This document shows positions 17,332-26,038 of a stretch of DNA of 32,000 nt, piece by piece. The stretch's first letter is position 1; every line of letters begins with the position of its first letter. The translations under genes and the position numbers were made by a program. Source of the DNA: an uncultured Opitutales bacterium (GTDB lineage Bacteria; Verrucomicrobiota; Verrucomicrobiia; Opitutales; Intestinicryptomonadaceae); contig CAKTSY010000004.1 in assembly GCA_934613415.1 (NCBI GenBank), positions 180,001-212,000 on the forward strand. Direction: 5' to 3'. A model generated the notes under the pieces. It saw only the letters and a list, made by a program, of their open reading frames with translations, had not been told where the DNA came from and made no database searches.

Positions 17332-18521
17332 AGATTTTACCCGCAGTTTTTCTGATTCTATCGGTTGGCTGCCCCGCGCTTTTTAGCCGAACTTGGCAGA
17401 CGACCGACGGCAGAAAGTTCGACGGCGAAATTGTTAAATGCACAAGAACAACGCTTTCGATTTTAGACGCAAAGCGCAACCGCATAAACATAGAGCTAGA
17501 CCGCCTTGCGCCCAAAGATTTGGAGTTTTTAAAGAAAAACTACCCAGAATTTTTTAAAGACACAAACAGCCATTTGCGCGACACGTCCGCCGCAATTTCG
17601 AAGTGGCCAATTATTAAGGTAGATAAAACCGCCATAGCCTTTAGGTGGGATATTTCGGCGTCTAAATTCCACACAAAACACTATTCGTTTGATATGAAAA
17701 AGCGTCTTGAAAAAGACGTTGCCCACGACTTGGCGGTCCGTTGCGAAACCGCGTACGAATCGGTTATGCAAATTCCGTTTATCGACGAAAAATTCAAGCG
17801 AAAGTGCTCCAACTTAAACAAAAAAAGCGAAAAGTTTTTAATAGAAATTGCCAACATAAAGGAAAAGAACATTGCCGGAATTTATATGTATAACGCCTCT
17901 TCCACTTCGGGAGTGTTGTATTCTGAATTTGTAAGGGTAGAGCCCAAGTTTTTGGCAAAAAACGACAAGAGCAAAAATATTACCGAAAATATGTATTTGC
18001 CTGCAGGCACTTTGGCGCACGAGCTTGCCCACCAAATTTTGGCGTTTGCAGGCGGCACCATTGCAATAAAAGAGGGGCTTTCCGATTTTATTTTTTACGG
18101 AATGTGCAACAATTTCGGCGTGTGCCGCTTTGACATGTACGAAAACATTCTGCGCCATAAGGGCTATTTTGAAAGGGGCAAAGGCAAATCTAAAATATCG
18201 GTTTTGCCTCTAAAGGAATTCCTTACTATGCGAAAAGCCGAATTCTATTCGCCAAAAAACGTTGCAAACAACTATGCTGCAGCATCTTTGTTTTTTATAT
18301 ATTTTTACAAGAACAACCCAAAAACGCTTAAAAAGTTTTTAGACAAAGCCCTTAACGATAAAGACTGCGTGCCATCCGAAATTTCCTCTGTAACGCGGTG
18401 TATGGACGCCTTCGAAATTCTTTTAAACGGCAAAAGCCAAACCGAGCTTGAAAACAAGATTTGCGCATACTATGCAAGTTTCGGCATTGCAATAGAGTTT
18501 AAAGCCAAAAAAAGGCGTTAG
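17307..18521 (+). CDS. Exported SHD1-domain protein with HExxH (MA-clan/DUF1570-like) putative metallopeptidase domain
   Basis: Signal/lipoprotein-like LKILPAVFLILSVGC. SHD1-like segment RTWQTTDGRKFDGEIVKCTRTTLSILDAKRNRINIELDRLAPKDLEFLKK. Zinc motif LAHELAHQI. The start is ATG 17307 (25-nt overlap with the upstream gene) or TTG 17328 (TTGA overlap). Confidence 0.7.
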   Translation: MAEGQLALKILPAVFLILSVGCPALFSRTWQTTDGRKFDGEIVKCTRTTLSILDAKRNRINIELDRLAPKDLEFLKKNYPEFFKDTNSHLRDTSAAISKWPIIKVDKTAIAFRWDISASKFHTKHYSFDMKKRLEKDVAHDLAVRCETAYESVMQIPFIDEKFKRKCSNLNKKSEKFLIEIANIKEKNIAGIYMYNASSTSGVLYSEFVRVEPKFLAKNDKSKNITENMYLPAGTLAHELAHQILAFAGGTIAIKEGLSDFIFYGMCNNFGVCRFDMYENILRHKGYFERGKGKSKISVLPLKEFLTMRKAEFYSPKNVANNYAAASLFFIYFYKNNPKTLKKFLDKALNDKDCVPSEISSVTRCMDAFEILLNGKSQTELENKICAYYASFGIAIEFKAKKRR

Positions 18522-18547
18522 CAAAATTTTTGAGTGTTTTGGACGAT

Positions 18548-18580
18548 AAAAAAGGCGGCATTTTGTTTGCCGCCAATTTT
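18548..18580. terminator. Bidirectional rho-independent terminator between convergent genes
   Basis: GGCGGCA (18554-18560) pairs with TGCCGCC (18568-18574). It is flanked by AAAAAA upstream and AATTTT downstream. Confidence 0.75.
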
Positions 18581-18608
18581 GCGTTTTATAAAAAGGTTTT
18601 TCCAACTT

Positions 18609-19763
18609 TTACTTTTCGGGCGCTTCCAACTCGAACTCGAACATATCGTAGGGGGCGGTTCGCCAAGCAAGATTTTTTGTCATAGGCGAAAATCCGAACA
18701 GCGGAGAATATGTTGAAGCCTTTATGGTTTTGCCGTCTTTTTGGAATTCCAAAATCCTTAGCCAGCCGTCGCCGCCGTTGCCGCCAAAACCCCCTCCTAT
18801 GGTTTGGCAATTAAACATCATTGCCGAAAACTTTGTGCCGTCGTCTTCCCTTTCAAAAGTTTTAAATACCGAAGTGTTTTCGAAATCGGTTACGTTTTCG
18901 CAAAAGTGCCCGCAGACAACCAACTTAATTGCGGGGCATTTTTCGACAAGCATTTTGTAGGTATTTTTAAAATAGCCGTTTATTTGCCCTTTTGTATCCA
19001 TAAAGCCGTGGGTTAAAAGAATTGCCCTTCTGTCCTTTGCCGTTTTGCTTTTCTGCAAAAAGTTGCAAGCCCATTCAAGGGTTTCTTTGCGCGGGGCGTA
19101 TTCTAGCGTAATAACAACAACCTGCCCCCATTTGCCGCCAATATCCAGCAAATACGCCGCGTTTTCCAAAGTTTCTATGCCTTCTCTTGTGTAGAAAACC
19201 TCTACAAGGCTTTCCTTGTTTTTAAGGTTTCTGGATGGATGAAAATAATCCTTAAAGTTCGACACCCTGCTGGCATAGTCTTTGTCGCCCAAATACCACT
19301 TGCGGCCATAGTCGTGGTTGCCGGTGCAAAGCATATAGGGAACTTTGTTGTCGAGCCTGCCAAAGCAGTGCGAAACCCAATTCCACATTTCCCTGTCGGT
19401 TTCCAACTCGCCAAAGTTCGAGAATAAAGTTCCGTTGTGCTCTACAATGTCGCCCGTGCACAAAACGCCCTTTACGTTAAGCCTTTTTGCGTTATAGGCT
19501 ATCCACGAAGTCATTAAATCCAAAACGGGCTGGTTTTTAATTCTGGGAGTATAAGTTTGTGTGTCGGGCAAAACAATAAATGTTGCCTGGGCATTTTTGC
19601 CAAGCTTAGGCTCGCCCAAATTTTTAAGGGTGGCCATATCCTTTTTCATATATTCTTTTGCAAGTTCCGCCGCGCTCTTTTTGGAAGCGTCTGCACCGAA
19701 AAGCGAAATTGCAAACACCGCCGACAATGTATAAACAACAAATTTTGTAATATTCATATGCAA
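18609..19763 (-). CDS. Secreted calcineurin-like metallophosphoesterase
   Basis: Signal peptide MHMNITKFVVYTLSAVFAISLFGADA. Metallophosphoesterase motifs: CTGDIVEHN, CTGNHDYG, LLTHGF, VCGHFCEN. C-terminal beta-rich domain (WLRILEFQKDGKTIKASTYSP). Confidence 0.85.
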   Translation of the reverse strand: MHMNITKFVVYTLSAVFAISLFGADASKKSAAELAKEYMKKDMATLKNLGEPKLGKNAQATFIVLPDTQTYTPRIKNQPVLDLMTSWIAYNAKRLNVKGVLCTGDIVEHNGTLFSNFGELETDREMWNWVSHCFGRLDNKVPYMLCTGNHDYGRKWYLGDKDYASRVSNFKDYFHPSRNLKNKESLVEVFYTREGIETLENAAYLLDIGGKWGQVVVITLEYAPRKETLEWACNFLQKSKTAKDRRAILLTHGFMDTKGQINGYFKNTYKMLVEKCPAIKLVVCGHFCENVTDFENTSVFKTFEREDDGTKFSAMMFNCQTIGGGFGGNGGDGWLRILEFQKDGKTIKASTYSPLFGFSPMTKNLAWRTAPYDMFEFELEAPEK

Positions 19764-19893
19764 AGCACCCTAATTAAAGTCAAAAAAAAGCGCAACATTT
19801 TTTTGGGAACACTGGCAAAATTGGCGTGTCGATTAGGCTTGAAAATTAAACTCTCATTTTAGTAAGCTAGTGACAGTTTAATTTGATAATAAA

Positions 19894-21447
19894 ATGTTTT
19901 GGGACTTTTTAGACAGCTCCGTTGTTTTGGGAATTATCGCGGCGATACTTTTTGCCGAGTGCATAATTTTGTTTGTAAACGGCCTGTCGTATAAAAGCAA
20001 GATGGAAGCCAAGCTTGCCTCGGTTAAAGAGGAAAGCGCAATAAAAACCCAAAAACGGCTAGACGAAATAGAAATAACTTTAAGAGAGCGCAGCCTTGCG
20101 CTTAAAAGCGAGTACGACGAACTTTTAAACTCGGCGCGCAAGCTTAACGAAGACGCCGAAGAGCGCGCCAACAAAGCCGAGCTTTTAAGGAAAGACTACG
20201 AAAGCGCAAAAAGCCGCTGCATTGAAGAGCGCGACAGGTTCTCGGCAAAATCAAAAGAGCTTTCCGAAAAGACAAAAGAGCTTTCCGAAAAAATGCTTTC
20301 GCTTGCCTCTTTGGACAAAGCCGAGATTGAGGAAGAGGCAAAAAAAATACTTTTGGCAGACGCCGAAAAAAACCTTTCGTTCTACGCCGAAAACTTTTTT
20401 GCAAAAAGGGCAAAAGAAATAGAAAAGCGCGCAATAGACGTTTTGCTTTCTACAATGCAAAGCATTGCAACAAAAGAGTGCGCGCAGTCTACAACCTGCA
20501 TTGTGCAAATACCAAACGAGGCAATGAAGGGCCGCCTTATAGGCAAAGACGGCCGCAACATACGCTCGTTTGAATATTCTACGGCAACAACCCTTGTAAT
20601 AGACGAAACGCCAGACTCGGTTATGATTTCGTCTTTCGACCCCGTAAAGAGGGAAACCGCAAAAATAGCACTGGAAAACCTTATTGCCGACGGCAGAATA
20701 AACCCCGCTACAATAGAAGAACAGGTTAAAAAGGCAAAAGACGCCGTAAGCGAGCTTGCATTAAAAAAGGGCAAAAGCGCCGTTGCCGACCTTGGGCTTT
20801 CGAATGTAGACACGTCTTTGTGCGAACTTGTAGGCAGGTTGTATTTCCACCTTTCGCTAAACCAAAATTCGCTGCAGCATTCTATGGAATGCGCTGTTTT
20901 AGCCGGAGCAATAGCCCACGAACTTAACCTTAACAGCGAACTGGCAATGCGCTGCGCGCTGTTTCACGACATAGGCAAAGTTATGCCACAAGAAAGTCTT
21001 GAAAACGCAGCAAACCACGCCTTGGCTGGGGCAAACTTTTTAAGAGCCTGCGGCGAGTGCAAGGAAGTTGTTTCGGCTGCGGCTTCGCACCACGGCGATG
21101 TCGATTGCAGCGACGAATATTCCGCAATAGTCCGCATTGCCGACACAATTTCGGCATCTCGCCCTGGGGCGAGAATGGAGGCTTCGCAGGCGTATTTTAA
21201 AAGGGTAAAACTTCTCGAGCAAATAGCCTACTCTTTCGACGGCGTGCAAGACGCCTATGTAATTCAGGCAGGCAGAGAAATAAGGGTTATTTTAAAGCCC
21301 GAATCGGTAAGCGAAAACCGCGCGGTAGACCTTGCCGCAAAAATAAGAGATAAAATAAGCGAATCGTACGATAGCCTTGGACCCGTCAAGATAACAATAA
21401 TAAGGGAAACCCGCTGGACGGAAACCTCTAAACAGCTAAATGCTTAA
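19894..21447 (+). CDS. rny: Ribonuclease Y
   Basis: 517 aa. N-terminal TM helix, coiled coil, KH domain (MKGRLIGKDGRNIRSFE), HD domain (ALFHDIGK ... SHHGD). Confidence 0.95.
   Translation: MFWDFLDSSVVLGIIAAILFAECIILFVNGLSYKSKMEAKLASVKEESAIKTQKRLDEIEITLRERSLALKSEYDELLNSARKLNEDAEERANKAELLRKDYESAKSRCIEERDRFSAKSKELSEKTKELSEKMLSLASLDKAEIEEEAKKILLADAEKNLSFYAENFFAKRAKEIEKRAIDVLLSTMQSIATKECAQSTTCIVQIPNEAMKGRLIGKDGRNIRSFEYSTATTLVIDETPDSVMISSFDPVKRETAKIALENLIADGRINPATIEEQVKKAKDAVSELALKKGKSAVADLGLSNVDTSLCELVGRLYFHLSLNQNSLQHSMECAVLAGAIAHELNLNSELAMRCALFHDIGKVMPQESLENAANHALAGANFLRACGECKEVVSAAASHHGDVDCSDEYSAIVRIADTISASRPGARMEASQAYFKRVKLLEQIAYSFDGVQDAYVIQAGREIRVILKPESVSENRAVDLAAKIRDKISESYDSLGPVKITIIRETRWTETSKQLNA
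20252..20293 (+). repeat. In-frame 21-bp tandem duplication inside rny
   Basis: CAAAAGAGCTTTCCGAAAAGA (20252-20272) is followed directly by CAAAAGAGCTTTCCGAAAAAA (20273-20293), 20/21 identical. It encodes KELSEKT/KELSEKM. Confidence 0.9.
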
Positions 21448-21507
21448 TTTTTAGGCTTTTTTTACGATAGCGCTTGCGCTAATAGTTATAATTTAAAAGA
21501 TAGATAT

Positions 21508-23985
21508 ATGCCATATTTCACACCCAGAGCATTGCAGATTTTCTCGTTGGCAAAGCGTCAGGCACTGTCGCTTGGGCACAACTACATAGGCACAGAACAT
21601 ATCCTTTTGGGTATGATAGAGCTTAACCAGGGCGTAGCCGTTACAGTTTTGCGCAAAATGGGGCTTAATTTAGAAAATGTACGCCAGCAGGTTATAGAAC
21701 AGCTGGGAACTGGCCCTGCAAACGCAGTTAGCGCCGACGACATACCGCAAACCCCAAAAGTTAAACGCGTTTTGGCGTTTGCGGGCATGGAGGCTGCAAG
21801 CTTAAAACATAACTACATAGGCACCGAACATATCCTTTTGGGCATTTTGCGCGACGGCGACAATGTTGCAGCCAAAATACTCACAAGCTTGGGAGTAGAC
21901 ATTAAAGACTGCCAAAGGGCAATTTTAGCAGAGCTAGACCCCAATTTTATAGGAGACGCCCCACAGCAAAACCCCGCCGACCCCGAAAAATCCGACCAAA
22001 AATTCAGCGCAATAAAATCTTTTGGGCGCGACCTTACCGAGATGGCGAAAAACAACGCCCTAGACCCCGTTATAGGCCGAAGCAAAGAGATAATGAGGGT
22101 TATACAAATCCTGTGCAGAAGGACAAAAAACAACCCCGTTTTGATAGGCGAAGCGGGCGTTGGCAAAACCGCCATTGTAGAGGGTTTGGCGCAGGAAATA
22201 GCAAACGGCGTCGTTCCCGAAATTTTGACGAACAAAAAGGTAATTGCCCTTGATATGTCGGCAATGCTTGCGGGCACAAAATACCGCGGGCAATTCGAAG
22301 AAAGAGTTAAGGCTCTTATGGAGGAAGTGGAAAAGTCTAAAAACATAATTTTGTTTATAGACGAGCTTCACACAATTGTAGGCTCGGGCTCTGCCGAAGG
22401 CGGGGCTATGGACGCCTCGAATATGTTTAAGCCCGCCCTTTCGCGCGGAACTTTGCAGTGCATTGGCGCGACAACCCTAAACGAATACCGCAAGTATATC
22501 GAAAAAGACAGCGCGCTAGACAGGCGTTTTCAAAGCGTAACTGTAGACGCCCCTTCGGTTGAAGACACAATAAAGATTTTAGACGGCTTAAAGCTAAACT
22601 ACGAAAAGCACCACCACTGCAAATATACGCAGGAGGCTTTGGAAAGCGCGGTAAAAATGTCGGACCGCTACATAACAAGCCGCCAACTGCCCGACAAGGC
22701 AATAGACATTATAGACGAAGCGGGCTCGCGCGCCAGAATTAGAGGTATGAAACGCCCCGAAGCCGTAGAAAAACTTACCGAGCAAATTGCGCAGGTAGAA
22801 GCCCAAAAGGAAGACTGCATTAAAAACCAAAAGTTTGAAGAGGCGGCAAAATTCAGGGATACCGAAAAAACTCTTACTGCCCAAAAAGAGGATATGCTTA
22901 AAGTTTGGCGCAAAAAACTCGACGAAACTACCGTTGTTGTAGATAAAGACGACATTTTAGAGGTTCTTTCGTCGTGGACGGGCATTCCGCTAAGGAGAAT
23001 GGCCGAAAGCGAGACAAAAAAGATTTTGAACCTCGAAAAAGAGCTGCAAAGCAAAGTTATTGGGCAAGACGAGGCAACCGCGACAATTGCAAGAGCCTTG
23101 CGCAGATCGTGCGCGTTTTTAAAAGACCCGAAAAAGCCCATAGGTTCCTTCCTATTTATGGGACCTACGGGCGTTGGCAAAACCTATTTGGCAAAGATTT
23201 TGGCCGAGGAAATGTTCGGCAACCAAGACAGTCTAATTCAAATAGATATGTCTGAATATATGGAAAAGTTCTCGGTTTCGAGGCTTATAGGTTCGCCCCC
23301 AGGATACGTCGGCCACGAAGACGGCGGCCAGCTTACCGAAGCCGTGCGCAGAAAGCCCTATAGCGTTATCCTTTTCGACGAAATAGAAAAGGCGCACCCC
23401 GATGTGGCCCAACTGCTGCTGCAGGTGCTAGAAGACGGGCGTCTTACCGACAGCCTCGGCAGAACTGTAGATTTTAGAAACACGATAATCATTTTAACAA
23501 GCAATGTGGGCGCGCATATAATGCAAAAAAATACGTCTATGGGCTTTGACGTTGGCATGGACACCGAGCGCGACTACGAGCGCGTAAAGGCAAAAGTGCT
23601 AGACGAAATGAAGCGCGTTTTCCGCCCCGAGTTTATAAACCGCATAGGCGACATTGTGCTGTTTAAGTCGTTAGACAAAGCCGCAATTTCGAAAATAGTT
23701 TTGCTTGAAACCGAAAACGTTAAAAAGCGTTTGGCAGAACGCGGCATAGAGCTAGTTTTAGACGAAAGCGCCGTAAACTTTTTAATAGAAAAAGGCTGGG
23801 ACGAAAAGTTCGGGGCAAGACCCTTGAAACGCGCCATAGAACGCGAGCTAGAAGACAAGCTTGCCGAAGACATACTTTCGGGCAAAATCGCCGAGGGCTG
23901 CGGCAAACTGTCGGTATTTTGCGAAGACGGCGCACTGCATTTCAGGCAAAAAACACACCGAACAAAGCGCAAGGCAAAAGCTTAG
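21508..23985 (+). CDS. clpC: ATP-dependent Clp protease ATP-binding subunit ClpC
   Basis: 825 aa. Two Clp_N repeats ([12 protein letters not shown] twice), Walker A GEAGVGKT and [11 protein letters not shown]-like linker [13 protein letters not shown]. Confidence 0.95.
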   Translation: MPYFTPRALQIFSLAKRQALSLGHNYIGTEHILLGMIELNQGVAVTVLRKMGLNLENVRQQVIEQLGTGPANAVSADDIPQTPKVKRVLAFAGMEAASLKHNYIGTEHILLGILRDGDNVAAKILTSLGVDIKDCQRAILAELDPNFIGDAPQQNPADPEKSDQKFSAIKSFGRDLTEMAKNNALDPVIGRSKEIMRVIQILCRRTKNNPVLIGEAGVGKTAIVEGLAQEIANGVVPEILTNKKVIALDMSAMLAGTKYRGQFEERVKALMEEVEKSKNIILFIDELHTIVGSGSAEGGAMDASNMFKPALSRGTLQCIGATTLNEYRKYIEKDSALDRRFQSVTVDAPSVEDTIKILDGLKLNYEKHHHCKYTQEALESAVKMSDRYITSRQLPDKAIDIIDEAGSRARIRGMKRPEAVEKLTEQIAQVEAQKEDCIKNQKFEEAAKFRDTEKTLTAQKEDMLKVWRKKLDETTVVVDKDDILEVLSSWTGIPLRRMAESETKKILNLEKELQSKVIGQDEATATIARALRRSCAFLKDPKKPIGSFLFMGPTGVGKTYLAKILAEEMFGNQDSLIQIDMSEYMEKFSVSRLIGSPPGYVGHEDGGQLTEAVRRKPYSVILFDEIEKAHPDVAQLLLQVLEDGRLTDSLGRTVDFRNTIIILTSNVGAHIMQKNTSMGFDVGMDTERDYERVKAKVLDEMKRVFRPEFINRIGDIVLFKSLDKAAISKIVLLETENVKKRLAERGIELVLDESAVNFLIEKGWDEKFGARPLKRAIERELEDKLAEDILSGKIAEGCGKLSVFCEDGALHFRQKTHRTKRKAKA

Positions 23986-24516
23986 ATGGAAGAGATAACA
24001 CTAATTTCGTCCGACAGGATTTATTCTAGAATTGTAGAGCTTGCCAGAGACATTTCGAACTACTGCAAGGCAAACTGCATTTCAGAGCTTAACGTAATTT
24101 GGGCGGCTGAAGGCGCAATAATGTTTGCGGCCGACTTGTGCCGCAGGCTGAACGTGCCCTATGTGCGCATTTCGTCGGTAAAAATTTCAACATACCAGGA
24201 TTCCACAAAGCCCACGGGCGACGTAAAGGTAGAAAGGCTAAGCGGCGTATTTGCAGGCAAAGACATTCTGCTTATCGACGACATTCTTGAAACGGGCAAT
24301 ACGATGAAAATTATGGAAAACCTGCTTATGAACGCGGGGGCAAAAAGCATAAAAAAATGCGTATTGCTAAAGAAGAAAAATGTTGCAACCCCCGTATGCC
24401 AAGCCGATTACGTAGGCTTTGAGATAGACGACTACTTCGTGTACGGCTATGGGCTAGACTATCAAAATATGTACAGGAATTTTCCCGACATAAAGGCGAG
24501 AATATTAAATCCATAA
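23986..24516 (+). CDS. hpt: Hypoxanthine(-guanine) phosphoribosyltransferase
   Basis: 176 aa. PRPP-binding motif ILLIDDILETGNTM. C-terminal DYVGFEIDDYFVYGYGLDYQNMYRNFPDI. The ATG directly abuts the clpC TAG. Confidence 0.9.
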   Translation: MEEITLISSDRIYSRIVELARDISNYCKANCISELNVIWAAEGAIMFAADLCRRLNVPYVRISSVKISTYQDSTKPTGDVKVERLSGVFAGKDILLIDDILETGNTMKIMENLLMNAGAKSIKKCVLLKKKNVATPVCQADYVGFEIDDYFVYGYGLDYQNMYRNFPDIKARILNP

Positions 24517-24555
24517 CATATTGTTTTGCAAAATATTAAAAATTTAAAAAATCAC

Positions 24556-24592
24556 AAAAAAAATGCGAACCCGATTAGGCTCGCATTTTTGT
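24556..24592. terminator. Bidirectional rho-independent terminator (hpt / trxA)
   Basis: ATGCGAACC (24563-24571) pairs with GGCTCGCAT (24578-24586) with one mismatch. An A-run lies upstream and a T-run downstream. Confidence 0.75.
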
Positions 24593-24612
24593 TTTATATA
24601 AAAATCCGAAAG

Positions 24613-24930
24613 TTAAAGCTCTGTAAGGATTTTCTTTAGGGCTTCCTTGGTTGTCATTCCCGCCCTGCCCACTTCTTTGGCATTCTTAAAGAACACTATT
24701 GTAGGAATTTGCGTTATCGAAAACCTTTCGGCCAACTCGGGGCATTCGTCTACATCTACTTTTGCAACAACCGCCTTTTGTGGGTCTATTTCTGCAGCCA
24801 AAGCGTCTATTGTAGGCGCCAACATTCTGCACGGGCCGCACCATGTTGCCCAAAAATCTACCAACACGGGCTTGCCCGACGCTATTGTATTATCAAAACT
24901 TTCGTTATTTAAGTGAAGTACACTTGCCAT
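24613..24930 (-). CDS. trxA: Thioredoxin
   Basis: 105 aa with active site WATWCGPCRM. AGGAAA ribosome-binding motif upstream. Confidence 0.95.
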   Translation of the reverse strand: MASVLHLNNESFDNTIASGKPVLVDFWATWCGPCRMLAPTIDALAAEIDPQKAVVAKVDVDECPELAERFSITQIPTIVFFKNAKEVGRAGMTTKEALKKILTEL

Positions 24931-24944
24931 AGTTCAATTTCCTG

Positions 24945-25295
24945 TTATTGCTGGATAACGGTTAAAACCGAAAAGGCAACAACGGCGGCAAACGCCAAAA
25001 AGTCTACCACAACCAGCAATGGGTTAACGGTTTTCTTATCGGCCAAATTTGCGTCGAATGAAGGGCGAATTTTGTCGGCACTAGTGGAAAATTTTACGGG
25101 AGCTGCCGCCGCAGATGTTTTGGGTAGCGAAAACGAGGGAGCCTCTACCTTGGGAGCCGCCGACAAGTCGAGGTTTACCTTGGGCGCGCTTTGCGCAACT
25201 TCGGGCTTGGCAGCGGGGTTTTCGCCAAGAACGGGAGCCTTTTCTGCAGCCGCATTGGGGTTTTCGGGCAATTCAAATTTTGTTTCTTCCGACAT
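24945..25295 (-). CDS. Hypothetical tail-anchored protein with a Pro/Ala-rich disordered N-terminal region
   Basis: 116 aa. Low-complexity N-terminal ~85 aa (repeated APKV/AAAP). A single C-terminal TM (LLVVVDFLAFAAVVAFSVLTVI). Located 14 nt upstream of trxA on the same strand. Confidence 0.55.
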   Translation of the reverse strand: MSEETKFELPENPNAAAEKAPVLGENPAAKPEVAQSAPKVNLDLSAAPKVEAPSFSLPKTSAAAAPVKFSTSADKIRPSFDANLADKKTVNPLLVVVDFLAFAAVVAFSVLTVIQQ

Positions 25296-25334
25296 AGTAG
25301 TAGTTATATTATGAATTTTTGTTGTTGGTAAAGT

Positions 25335-25363
25335 AATATGCGCCCCATAAATGAGACTGGCAA
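25335..25363 (-). promoter_or_regulatory. Candidate promoter of the 116-aa ORF / trxA unit
   Basis: On the minus strand: TTGCCA (25363-25358), 17-nt spacer, CATATT (25340-25335). Confidence 0.3.
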
Positions 25364-25460
25364 CAATTCAATATTCAACGCACGCTTTTGCAAGCTTTAT
25401 TTTAATTTTAAGAACTTTTGGCAAACGCAAAAAACATTTTGCAAAAAAGCAAAGGTGCGC

Positions 25461-25489
25461 TTGACAAACCGTATAATTGCTGCAAGATT
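25461..25489 (+). promoter_or_regulatory. Candidate rpsO promoter
   Basis: Perfect TTGACA (25461-25466), 17-nt spacer, TGcAAGATT (25481-25489). A perfect TATAAT at 25472-25477 lacks a properly spaced -35. Confidence 0.35.
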
Positions 25490-25495
25490 TTCGGG

Positions 25496-25644
25496 ATAAT
25501 GCGTAAGGAGTTTTCGGGTTCCGCTCGGCAGCTCCCGCGGTTTTCGGGCAACGCCCGTTTTAACGATGTTTTCTGCGAGTGGCAGATTACATGGCCGTAT
25601 GAATTGTACGACCCAAAAAACCGTGCACAAAAAAGGACAAGCAA
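25496..25644 (+). promoter_or_regulatory. Structured rpsO 5' leader (candidate S15 autoregulatory element)
   Basis: 25521-25531 pairs with 25573-25582 (10 bp, one G-U, one bulge). Inner hairpin CGGGC-AAC-GCCCG (25545-25557) followed by TTTT. Second hairpin at 25593-25613. AAGGA at 25633-25637. Confidence 0.3.
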
Positions 25645-25914
25645 ATGGCAGATAACGCTCAAGATAAAAGCAGCATAATTAAAGAATACGCCGTAACCGA
25701 TAAGGATACGGGTTCGTGCGAAGTACAAGTCGCATTGTTGTCGGCAAGGATAGCCCACTTAACGGACCACCTCGCCTCGCACAAAAAAGACTTCCACTCG
25801 CGCAAGGGTTTGTTGGCTATGGCCAGCAGGCGCCGCAAGTTGTTGGCTTATCTTAAACGCACCAATCTAACACGATACAACAATCTCATCACGAGATTGG
25901 GTCTTCGCAAGTAG
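25645..25914 (+). CDS. rpsO: 30S ribosomal protein S15
   Basis: 89 aa, collinear with E. coli S15: DTGS.EVQVALL.A.I.HL..H...HKKD.HSR.GLL.M.S.RRKLL.YLKR....RY..LI.RLGLR. Confidence 0.97.
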   Translation: MADNAQDKSSIIKEYAVTDKDTGSCEVQVALLSARIAHLTDHLASHKKDFHSRKGLLAMASRRRKLLAYLKRTNLTRYNNLITRLGLRK

Positions 25915-25930
25915 AGATTTGCACAAAACG

Positions 25931-25965
25931 CTCTCTTTACTCTTTCGGGTAAAGAGAGTTTTCAT
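25931..25965 (+). terminator. rpsO terminator / attenuator hairpin in the rpsO-pnp spacer
   Basis: CTCTCTTTA (25931-25939) pairs with TAAAGAGAG (25950-25958) around a 10-nt loop, followed by TTTTCATTTT. Confidence 0.7.
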
Positions 25966-26038
25966 TTTCAAAAAATAATTACCAAGAACACGCAAACGTC
26001 CAATCCGTTCGGTTCAAAACAATAAAGAAGAAATAATA

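Noticed and set aside
21577-21843. Two 36-nt segments, 33/36 identical (21577-21612 and 21808-21843), that looked like a dispersed repeat.
   Set aside because: They encode the [12 protein letters not shown] core of the two Clp_N repeats of ClpC. This is an internal domain duplication under strong codon bias, not a mobile or CRISPR-type repeat.
25311-25331. Mini-ORF ATGAATTTTTGTTGTTGGTAA (MNFCCW) in the trxA/rpsO divergent region, considered as a possible leader peptide.
   Set aside because: It lies upstream of both candidate promoters on the plus strand, has no ribosome-binding site, and is short enough to occur by chance.
25488-25548. Three TTTTCGGG copies within 60 bp, considered as a protein-binding repeat array.
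   Set aside because: The same 8-mer recurs at least eight times elsewhere in the window, inside coding regions. It is therefore a compositionally favoured word. I kept it only as a note within the rpsO-leader finding.
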